From Nitrospirales bacterium (lineage in GTDB: Bacteria; Nitrospirota; Nitrospiria; Nitrospirales; UBA8639): a stretch of 64,000 nucleotides of DNA. The DNA is taken from NCBI GenBank assembly GCA_965203295.1, contig CBDBCZ010000017.1:672001-736000 (forward strand), written 5' to 3'. The notes below the pieces were generated by a model. That model was not told the origin of the DNA. It made no database searches and saw only the letters and a program-made list of their open reading frames with translations. Positions 33,701 to 56,013 of this stretch are shown here, one piece after another; position 1 is the first letter of the stretch; each line of letters starts with the position of its first letter. The position numbers were made by a program, and so were the translations under genes.

Positions 33701-34834
33701 TTCGTGAAGCTCTGTCCAAGAAGCAGAATTCTACAGTCCGAATCGTTTCGTCCCGTCAGAGCCATTGCGACAGTCACGTTCCTGTCCTTCAATATCCTCC
33801 TGCAAACAGTCATCGAAATACTTTCAGTGGCAGTCCTAGAATTTCACGGCCACTACCAAAACCACTCAGAGGCCAGGTGGCTCGTAGATCCTACCATTCG
33901 ATATGCACATGGAACACATGGACTTCTTGTGTTCATCGCCTGCTCGCTGTTAATATTTGTCATTGTGCCATTGGTGGTTGTTCTATTGCTGTACAAGCCA
34001 CTCCAAAAACTGAAATACGTTGGAAAATTTCTGCAGAAGCAGTGGCCTTTCTTTGATGCTTTTCAGAACCCTTATGTCAAGACATTACGTTTCTGGATTG
34101 GCATCCAACTCCTGTTACGGGTTGCTTCACTCATGATCTCTGGAATCTCGCAAATTACCAGTAATTCAAACAGTGGAAGCTTCAGAAACATCAACCTCTT
34201 TGTTATGATCATGCTGCTGGTGACATTCTTAGGGATTGAGGCTTTTCTACGGCCCTTTCGTGGTGTCCTTCGAAATGCAATCGATATCTTATTCTTATTC
34301 AACTTGGTCTACCTGCTGTCAACGGCACTGTACTATAACCTCCTACGGCTCTCCGACCAAGCTAATGTTGACATCTCGCACATCATGTCAGTGCACTATG
34401 CAATAATCGAGATTCTACTGGACATCGCCATTTTCTTCATAGCGTTGATTCTGTTTGGGTTTGTGTGTGTGAGATTCGGAGTTGTCAGAAAAATCGACGA
34501 AAAGTTGATCCCTAAACTCAGTCCGAGACTGCAAGCATTTGTGGCAGCGATTCTAGAGGATGCTGGCTACAAGTTGAAAACACCAATCAGCCATCAGCTC
34601 AACACAAGAAGAAAGAGCTCGGAAAAGTCTGGTTCCGTCCCAACTCACAGCGTTGCTGGTTTGGAATGGGAATCGAGTTTGGGATCGAGTCTCGATAAGG
34701 GTGGCCCGGAGCTACAAGAAGCTGGGCAAGATGATGCAGATGATGGAGAAGACATTGAGTTTGAAGCTCACTACTCCCGCTACAGGGACTCCATCTTGGA
34801 GCACTCTGACATTAATGCTAGCACTGCGCTTTGA
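30725..34834 (+). CDS. Large beta-helix (Pmp-like) + Cys-rich + multipass membrane protein, paralog B (1369 aa, intronless CDS)
   Basis: Signal peptide MWSSLIMSLLLTFLLLALLSPSAFC after acceptor TTTTATGCAG. Collinear with paralog A (DDFFEI.DFR, YPLDGA.GLSLIFS, GGGLLIGYGYPTN, WEGKYHG.Q..FG, PWPLTEFG.CFLHF, FLNLDIGFETCFYDGM, WPFFDAFQNP). Confidence 0.9.
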   Translation: MWSSLIMSLLLTFLLLALLSPSAFCSKVCVAANGASDRSPLNGLCDGQILEGMNDAVLLMNQNNTELFLLPGNHTLSVFTIVESVSNISIVGLGTRETVRLTCEDGVGLAFVNVRNLVIHKITITNCGIRNENIVAVSQRAEEYVLFNHTYILLPSIRRAVFVAECYDLSLENVRIQNTVGVGLTALNIQGDSHIQNVEFYNNSYNDNLTFKERGDFVAGGAMFYFGNSLKRDSYPGSFETKHNLVIDSCRFTRSKSAAQATRHILVDDFFEISDFRDTLNDTYPLDGASGLSLIFSRNQGDFYNVAVSNSQLVENIHPDGGCLLILFQQLTSSVSVLLDSLWFEDCRGKQTGGGLLIGYGYPTNFMSLESENVIYQSVSVRNSTFYKCRGNFGGGSAVLSVPNFLRQGIQIKGIDFTNCTWRENLGSAGCAAGFWEGKYHGVQKRFGIKITFTDCKFIGNRIEIENQPQINAAAVNLDAVAVNFHGETYFGDNRVSCIGATRSEVQVYDNFLAERSLVVFGGVLDFRDTSYLIVKDGATVTFVNNQALWRGGAVSENTFAPWPLTEFGICFLHFENFRACPVRPCYDLTDYNKNEGPPSQVLFINNTASLFGNEIFGATFQFCPWLSHNISQDGVAILSFLENDLSDVIYFDEQLTVENDIVNGYLNDVLFDSLPSRIMPGELFRANITTLDFFNQSVPSVNTLRRTDSDGRLDTSGRFSADGNLVTFIEAVEDLRFIFKGKPGENVTFQFLPISIFRPTGRFNFTFSECNTGFIYDDTQEKCVCDPILEGLHESIECQSDGSITHGQLRWVGFQDNSTDEAMDLVYVTSLCVYDFCSESDMLIKNLSDSAEQCNNNRTGVLCGGCKEGYSRVFGSSACRICNNVTLLYILLYMASGILTVLGIFTLHISIVHGYLNGPILYANIVSTFGTILFPPNRPRYTNAAFILITFLNLDIGFETCFYDGMTQKHYTSLRLAYPFYLLLIIGCIILFVKLCPRSRILQSESFRPVRAIATVTFLSFNILLQTVIEILSVAVLEFHGHYQNHSEARWLVDPTIRYAHGTHGLLVFIACSLLIFVIVPLVVVLLLYKPLQKLKYVGKFLQKQWPFFDAFQNPYVKTLRFWIGIQLLLRVASLMISGISQITSNSNSGSFRNINLFVMIMLLVTFLGIEAFLRPFRGVLRNAIDILFLFNLVYLLSTALYYNLLRLSDQANVDISHIMSVHYAIIEILLDIAIFFIALILFGFVCVRFGVVRKIDEKLIPKLSPRLQAFVAAILEDAGYKLKTPISHQLNTRRKSSEKSGSVPTHSVAGLEWESSLGSSLDKGGPELQEAGQDDADDGEDIEFEAHYSRYRDSILEHSDINASTAL

Positions 34835-35528
34835 CTGTATCTTTTAGGCATGCGTGTGGGTTGACTGTTTTGCTAGTCATATTATTATGCCAGTGTGTAT
34901 TTGTTTTGGTCGTGACTTGAAATTTGTACTACCACCTTACATTACTCAAGTCTGCTGTATTATTATTATACTCATGTGTCTTAATTCAAATATTAAGCTG
35001 CCATGTCTACGATACTGTTTCAGTGACATCGTATTTTCATCCCGAAAACAATATTGAGCAGGAAGCTGATATTGCTGCAGTATAATCATTAAACTTCATA
35101 TGGGTTGGGGGTGGGGGGGGGGGCTTGGGTGACTGTTTACGTATTCACTGTGGCAACAAGAGGAAATTTAACATCCCTGTAAACGTTGTATTATTATGCT
35201 AAATGCATAGAGATGAGAGCTAAATATAATTGTACAGGCTTTTATAAACTTGTTGCTTGGCAACGACCAATGAATGAAAGTATGTATAGTACAAGCAGGT
35301 ACGATATACATCAGACAGCACGTACGTACGTATTTGCACTCATTACATTATGTAACGTTATGTAACGACGGTTCATAAAACCGCAAAAACGCACGCCGGA
35401 AGCGAAAGATGATAAACACTGAATTGAACGTTTTGCATCCAATCATTCCAATGCCGATGTAATGATATGTAACACGTACGTACGTGACCTGTATACAGTA
35501 GCAACGGTTCCATAATATAGCACAGCGT

Positions 35529-48187
<12,659 letters not shown>

Positions 48188-49151
48188 TGATGCGTACGAT
48201 CTCGCATGCGAATTGGTTGAAGTCTTCTACATTGTACGAGTTTGTGGACAAAAGAGAAGAGTTTCTGTGTGTGTTTAGTTGGTTGTGTGGCTGTTGCATG
48301 CCGTGTTCCTCTGTGTTTGGTGAAACTACATGTAAGGTTCTAGCGCCTTTCTTCATCGTCTCATCTTTTTGGTTCTTTCAGTACCATGTACTACAGTACC
48401 GCTCTCAAAGTTACTATTTATTATTTATTTTATACTAATATGTTTTTCACATTTTCACAAAGTTTATTTAATTTTTTTTTTACTCAGTTTTATGAGTGGA
48501 GCTTCCAAAGCTATATTATTCAATTTCAACTGCAGATACATGTAGTGTGTCCTTTGAATAATTATGTGCAGAGCAAAATTTGTACAGGATCGTAATAGTG
48601 TGTGTGTGATTGCAGGCCTGCTGAGGATATATATACTGCAATCCCCACTACAGTATAATATCCTTGAACCCGAACTGTCTAGCTGTTGTGCAGCTAGCTA
48701 TAAATTGTCTCATGGGCGGTACTTTCGCTTTGCTATGTTTGAAAGAGAACAGATGGCATGACATACATGTACACTGTATTAGAATCTGATACTATCATCC
48801 ATGGTGATAGCGTATAATCTAAACAGTTACTATTATACCCCATTTCACCATATCATGCGGGCCTCCTATAGATCTAGAGTACTGGTGCCATATATTAATT
48901 TAGCTAGATGGCTACTTGCAACAGACAAAGCATGCATGCACAAAAATTATTACTTTACGTGCACACCTGTACATAGTGTATAATGCACCATGGGATATAG
49001 ATCTGTTGCTGCATACCACAATAGTTACTAAGCCTGTCAGACCTTCAGCTCCACCAACTCAGACCTTCAGCTCCACCAACTCAAATGGACAGGCAACCAT
49101 ACAGGTAGACCAACACTAAGCCCATCTCCCTCTGCATGGGCTATTATACAT

Positions 49152-49325
49152 CACAGGAAAAAAAAGGTGGAATTTCCTGAGATGCGTAACAAGGAAATTT
49201 GATAGGAAATAACAGGGTAGTATAAATTCTGCCCTATCCTATACTACCCTGTACCTGAAATATCAGATTTCCTGTCAAATTTCCTTGTAACGCATTTCAG
49301 GAAATTCCACTTTTTTTTTCCTGTG
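49152..49325. mobile_element. Hairpin MITE with CACAG termini (CACTA/EnSpm-like)
   Basis: CACAGGAAAAAAAAGGTGGAATTTCCTGA...TCAGGAAATTCCACTTTTTTTTTCCTGTG flanked by CAT on both sides. Confidence 0.75.
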
Positions 49326-50552
49326 CATTGTAGCTAGCTACATGTACTTGCATAGTATCTAGGGACCGGTTACACCTCACAATCAAAAACTTTATACATG
49401 TACATGTTTCTTCCTGCGCTGCCATGGGCCAGAAACAGATACTGCCCGTTTTTGGGTGAGAAGGGGTGGGCTTATATAGGATCTCCCACATGCAGGCTCC
49501 GTGAGCAAGAGAATGAAGACCCCCACCCACTTTATTGCTACATGCCCAGCATGCACTGAGGAAAAAATGAAGAAATGCTCCTCACCCCGACGCTACGTAT
49601 TGAAAAATTTAGCTAACTCGACTCTGGATAGATGATATAGAGTATTAGCCTCATTCTCAGGCATTCGCACAGCTTTTGTTGATTGCAAGAACGAGAAGCT
49701 ATAGAGTTGCAAGAATTTGCAACTTCGATCATCACGGAACTATGCTCTACACTGTTGAACCATAGATAGTAGAGTCCACGTGGACTCTACTATCTATATG
49801 GTTGAATAGTCCTCAAATTCATTGGAGACGACAAAGAAAGACAGTAGAGGACAGGACCTTCTACTCTACTATCTATCGTAGATGATGTACTATAATATGG
49901 TCACGGGTATTTCAAGCCAAATTTGTAGGGTGACATCACTCACGCGGGTGTATATAATCGTACCGGTGTCCCGGTATGAGACATCAGTCAGCTGCACTGT
50001 CAGCTTTATATGCATGTTGTCGAGTGGCGCCAGTGGTCTGCAGCACACATGTTTTGTTGGGGAGCTAGAGAGAGAAACAGCTGTACTGCTGTTGTACCCG
50101 ACGGCTAGTAGAGCCTTAGGCTGATCTGATGGTGTGATACCATAAATATCGCTGCCGCGAAGTTGCGACTCTGCCGATCGTGAACTGAGTGTTCCGAGAC
50201 AAGAGGAGGTACGGCTGTGACAAACCATTTGTAGACACGGGCCAACCCTAGCCATAGAAGATCCGTGTTTTTTTTTAATACCTACATTATACATATTAAT
50301 TCTATAGCTATACCTCACTATGTATAGCTAATTGACCGCTTTTCGTCCATTTTTTTTGCAGAAACTAGCTTCTCATTCCCAGTCTCCACTGCCAGCTTTT
50401 TTTTTGTATGTTGAAAAAATTGAAGTTTATGCTTCCAAACCAGCTATATATAATTTAATACTGTCCTACATTCACAGTTTATTATTCTTGCCTCAAACAG
50501 GTAACATGTTGATCATGTGTAAGTCTTATATCTCTGCTTTTTCCTTGCAGAA

Positions 50553-51694
50553 ATGGCTGCATCGTTCTTGGAGTACGTCCCATCTGACATGGCTGACATA
50601 GGCAGCGAACTGGAAATCTCGGTCGACGTCTACCCGCCCCAGCCAGACTCCGGATCCGCCGGCCGTGCATACTGGGGCCATGAGGGCATCCCGGAATGGC
50701 TGCCTGACGGCTGTGATGCTGCAGTGTATGCGATGGGAGACGGCCAGGCCATTTGCGATGAGCTCACATGCTCTGATTTCGACCTTGGGAACACCGACAG
50801 CGAGTCTGAAAGCGACGATATGCTGTCTGTAGATGACGGAGATCAAGTGGCCCCAGGTGCCAGAGTGACACTCGGGTGCGGAGACACGAGTCTGATGACA
50901 GCTCCGCCCACTGCCTGCCTGCTAAGCGGTCCCCGTTGTGGCACAAGCCTAAGCCCTGGTTCCAGGGAAGACAAGAATGAAAGGGAGCGTGTCCGGATCA
51001 TCAAGAAACGGGAAAAGCTCAAAGAGGCCAAGTCCTTGGCGATCCGCTCCAGTCTGATCGACGACGAGAGCAAGAAGCACCGTTGGACTGAGGAGTACAC
51101 TCTCAAACAGCTGCGGAGAATGATCGCAATCCTTGAAGGAAAATTCAAGAAGTACAACCGAGTTCCCCACACGCCCCGCCCGCTCGCCCGAAAGGCCGCT
51201 CCCCGGGGATCCAGGAGGCCTCCGAACTCCTTCCTCCGTTTCAGCCAGGCCCTGAGGCCGTCCTTCCTGGCCATACTGAAGACGTACCTCCACCCTGGGA
51301 AGAGTAAGGGAGAACTACAGCACATCCCAGTGAGTAGCAGACTATTGTTACAGGGTAACAAAAGCTGTGACTTGTGGTGCAGATAAACTATCCTTGTTCC
51401 CAGGCCTGCGACTTTTTCAGAGTGGATATACTTTCCGTAGCATAGTTTATTCTCTCAAATAGCTGTAGCCTAAGGGCATAGTCTATTCTCTCTTCACACA
51501 TACAGGTGGACAATAGGGAGGTGACGAAGCTCCTGAGTGCAGTATGGCGCAGCCTTGGTCCGGAGGAGAAGCGCCGAGACTGGGGTGCCTTTGGTCCTTA
51601 CGAAAAGGGGCAGTTTGTGAGGCTGGCAGAGGACATTCTGCGGCAGAAGGTGGCAAGCAGTCTTGTGGTGCCCATGGCGAGAGCTCACCTGTAG
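50553..51694 (+). CDS. Putative bHLH-like + HMG-box protein, copy A (exons 50553-51329, 51506-51694; 321 aa)
   Basis: HMG box RRPPNSFLRFSQALRP...|VDNREVTKLLSAVWRSLGPEEKR, split by a phase-0 intron. Upstream bHLH-like KNERERVRIIKKREKL...RWTEEYTLKQLRRMIAIL. Acidic N-terminus. Confidence 0.8.
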
Positions 51695-52743
51695 CTGGGC
51701 TGCCTTGAGCAGTACCTTGAACATAAACACAGCTGACTGTATTATGTATGCATACAATGTATTGTGTATGCCATTTCTTGGTTGTTGTTGTGTGTGACGA
51801 GAACCTGTCAATGTATATAGCATTTTTATCAATCCATCGCACTGTTTAGACTGTATCATGTAATATGAATAAACCAGAGTGGTTAACAAACCACATGTAT
51901 ATACAACCCACAAATGTAGACTTTACCCCTCCCGGCCCATACTTGAGAATACTCTTAAAATGTGTTTCTTTCGATTTTTGGTCATACGCTCGTAAGGTAT
52001 ACGTATTTTTTAATTAACTCATGGCAAGACTATTAAAGCTAGGGCATACTTCTCTAAGTTTGCGAGACTAGTAAAATCCGGGCGAGTAAGGCCTGGGGGT
52101 CGAGGCTAGACAGGATTTTCTATACTCTATACATTATCGATATCTATTATATTATATATAATTATGGTAGCGGGTATTTAAAGCCAAATTTGTAGGGTGA
52201 CATCAACGGAATAATTGTACTCACGTTCAAATTCAAGGCAGCTGCAGGCCAATCTTAATCTTGTACAAGTACATGTATACGCGGTTACGTACTGTCTGCT
52301 TTATCTGTTGTCGAGTGGCGCCAGTGGTCTGCAGCACATGTTGAAGAGCGAAAGACACTCTACTGTACTGCTGCCGCGATTGAGGTTGCGACCCTGCTAA
52401 TCGTGAACTGAGTGTCCCGTGACAAAAGGAGGTACGGCAGAATGACAGACCGTTTTTTGTCGACCCGGGCTAATTAGCCCTATGTCCGCAAGGTTATAAT
52501 TTTCACGGTTCTTCATAGAAAACTGTCTGTGGTGTTTCTAATGCCTATACACAATCCTATAGCTATAGCTGGCTATATATATCTAGCTATAAGCCTAATT
52601 TACTGCACTTCTTTTTTTTTACAGAAACTAGTTATTAATTCTTGCTGCAAAATTTTGCTGCAGGCAGCATGTTGAGCATTGTTTTTTATCTGCTTTTTCA
52701 TACAGAAGTGGTTGCATCGTTCTTGGAGTACGTCCCATCTGAC

Positions 52744-55646
52744 ATGGATGATCATGACATAGGCAGAAAACTGGAAATCTCACCTGAGGGCATCCCGGAA
52801 TGTCTGCTTGCCAACTGTGATGTTGCCGTATATGTGATGGGAGAGAGCCAGGCCATTTGCGATGAGCCAGCATGCTCTGATTTCGACCTCAGGAACACCG
52901 ACAGCGAGTCCGAAAGCGACGATATGCTATCTGTAGATGACGGAGATCAAGTGGCCCCAGGTGCCAGAGTGACACCCGGGTGCGGAGACACAAGTCTGAT
53001 GACAGCCCCGCCCACTGCCTGCGGCCCCCGACGTGGCACAAGCCTAAGGAACAGAAAGGAGCGCGTCAGGGTCAGCAAGATCAATGAGAAGCTCGAAGAG
53101 GCCAAGGAATTGATCACGCGGTCCACTCTGATCGACGACGACAGCAAGAAGCATCGTTGGACAAAGCTGTACACCCTCAAACAGCTGCTTAGACTGCTGA
53201 CGATCCTTGAAGGAAAATTCAAGAAGTACAACCGAGTTCCCCACACGCCCCGCCCATTCGCCAGAAAGGCTGCTCCCCGGGGATCCCCGAAGCCTCCAAA
53301 CCCCTTCATCCGTTTCAGCAATGCCATGGGGCCGTCCTTCCTGGCTGTACTGAAGACGTACCTCCACCCTGGGAGGAGTAAGGGAGAACTACAGCATATC
53401 CCAGTGAGTATATAGCAGATGTTTGTTACATGCAGGGTAACAGCTACTTTAACTTGCACTAGCCTCGTTCCCAGGCCTGTGACTTTTTTAGTTACACGAA
53501 GGAAAGTCACAAGGCCTGATATAATATCTAAAGCCATGTGGTCAACTTATGTCACTATCTGCTTCAAAAAATGATTGTGTTTCTCTACATTGTACAAGAG
53601 AGTTTCTTTCAGCGCTAAGTCTATGGTGCAAACGGGCTGTGAAGAATAACTACAAGAAGTGTAGCTTCGCTACCTTCACTCGTCTGAGAATTGCAAGTAC
53701 CCGTCCATGCTCATAATTACCTCTCTACTACGATATCTCTCTATATTTTGGGCTGCGCATGCACGTGACTTGAGATCCCAGGTCCTGTGATAGCTTTTGT
53801 GTAACCAAATATAAGTCGCATGCCTGGCAACGAGGCTACAGATGAGCTACTGATATCCGATTATTTTCTAAGCTGTCAATCATTATACAGATAGTTTTTG
53901 GAATGAAGTAATAATAAACTGGTACCAATCACCAGTCCTGTATACCTATTGCAGTCTTCTGAAAGTAAGCCATCCCATGGGCCAATACACTTGTTTAACT
54001 CCTCACTCACAGAAGGATTGACCCTCCACTCGGAATTAGGTCCACCCACAGCATATTCAAATGCAGTATAGTGCACATGCATGAATGTTCTAGCACTACA
54101 GGCGTGAGAGTAGCTACTGACTATTAAAGCACTGCTAGCTTTGTTCCCTGGCAACTGAAAGGTGCACTGCAAAAATAAAGTGGTTTGTTTAAACCCACAT
54201 AAGGTTACCTCAGTTGCAGCCCCAGTGCCAGAGAATGTGCAGTTACGTGCAGTGCAATAAGATCACTTTACTCAGGAAGCCAAGCTAAATCTTTTTTTCT
54301 TTGGTGAGACTAGGAACAGGATATGTGTTACTAATTGTTCTAATGGATCTTTCCTTTCTTCTGAAATTGGAGAAATAGGGTGCATGGTAAAGTGCTCTAC
54401 TTGTTTACGTACACATTGTTTTGTAGACTGCAACTGAGATAACCCCAGCTGGTTTGAAACCATCCTTTGATTTTTGCAGTGTGTAGGCTTGCATGGGAAT
54501 TAGCTAGCCTTGTTCCCGGGCCTGCGACTTTAGGGTTAGGATTATAGGGGGTTTAACGAAAGTCGTCACAGGACCTGGTATATATAAAGTAAATTACAAA
54601 AGATAGAGAGATAGTATAATTGAACTTGTGAGGGTGGGTGAGTATATACTCTTGTGATTATCAGAGGAATCAAGTGATGCACAGAGGTGGGACTAACAAA
54701 TGAAGGGACAATAGTGCTTAATTAGCTATAATTACATAATCAGTTGTGGTAGTGAGCAGTAATTTGATAGTGCACTAAAGACAGACAGTCTGCATGCTCA
54801 GCTAGTGATTATCCCCTATATGTATTTGCAGCTATAATTCTAACCTCATACCCAGGCCTCCAACCTGCCCAGGCTTGATCTCGCAACCGTAGAGGTAGGA
54901 AAGTAGGAATCTGCGTATAGCGGTCATGTTTTCCAGTCCCAACAGGGCCTAGATTCCAGAAAGGTAGCCATGTCATGTGGAAAAGCCCGAGTGCATGTTG
55001 CCACGCCTATCAGAACTTAACCCCTGATATACATACATGCACCTCCAGACACGAATGGGTGATCCCAATGACGTCTGCATTCTAAGAGTTCTACTCACGT
55101 TACATCACTTTTGGAGTGATATATCATTTTTTAAGCACGATAAACTCTGGTAAACTGACTAGTGGATTTTCTATTGTACTGTTATGCTGCACATGCATTA
55201 ATCGTAGTGTGGGAGATGCGACTGGATTATAGACTTTCATAGACAACTCAACAGCCATTAATACAACAGCAAGTCCCACTAATGAGTACGTGATATATAG
55301 ATTACATAACCATGACAGCATAATAATGTAATGTAACATTGCCCTATACGTAACACTATACATGTACAGACTTTATCTGTGTGTATAAGTACTTTTTTGA
55401 GTGTAGTATATCTCATTATATATTCCCTTACAGCTAGCTATAGCCCGAGGGCATATTTATTGTCTCTTTGTACAGGTGGGCCGTAGGAAGCTGATCAGCT
55501 TCCTGAGTGCAGTATGGCACAGCCTTGGCCCGGAGGAGAAGCGCCGAGACTGGGGTGCCTTGGGTCCTTACGAAAAAGGGCAGTTTGTGAGGCTGGCAGA
55601 GGACATTCTGCAGCGGTCGGTGGCAAACAGCCCAGCTCTCCTGTAG
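52744..55646 (+). CDS. Putative bHLH-like + HMG-box protein, copy B (exons 52744-53403, 55476-55646)
   Basis: Paralog of copy A. The homologous ATG is GTG here, and the next in-frame ATG is at 52744. Contains RNRKERVRVSKINEKL...RWTKLYTLKQLLRLLTIL and PKPPNPFIRFS...|VGRRKLISFLSAVWHSLGPEEKR. Same intron position, longer intron. Confidence 0.75.
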
Positions 55647-56013
55647 CTGCATGAGCTGCTAGGCTGCCTTGAACAGTCCCTTGAACATAACGTAACGCAG
55701 CTAGCGCTGACAGTATATTAATTGTGTATGCCATTTCTTGATTGTGGAGTGTATGGCGATTATAGTCATTACACCGTATGGACTGTACCAATACTATGCG
55801 TGTATAACTGTTGCAATGGATAACCTCAGTCAGCATGCAGGGCTATATAGTCCTGTGCCCGTATAGACTCCCTGCCAAGAGAAGTCAGTGCATGTGCACA
55901 AGACTATAGTAGTGCAATAGCCGGCTGTGAATTGAGAATTTGAGAATCTGGCCTAAAATCTTATTAATAAGATACAATAATAATTATTTTATGGTCTACA
56001 TAAAAAAATTATA

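Noticed and set aside
22941..34834. Bacterial contamination or recent HGT of Pmp autotransporters
   Set aside because: No beta-barrel; alpha-helical TMs, Cys-rich stalk, N-glycosylation sequons, 5'UTR splice signals and host MITEs are all around.
50764..53537. Antisense ORFs over the bHLH-HMG genes (and over 58685-60238)
   Set aside because: Shadow ORFs of GC-rich coding exons with no independent features.
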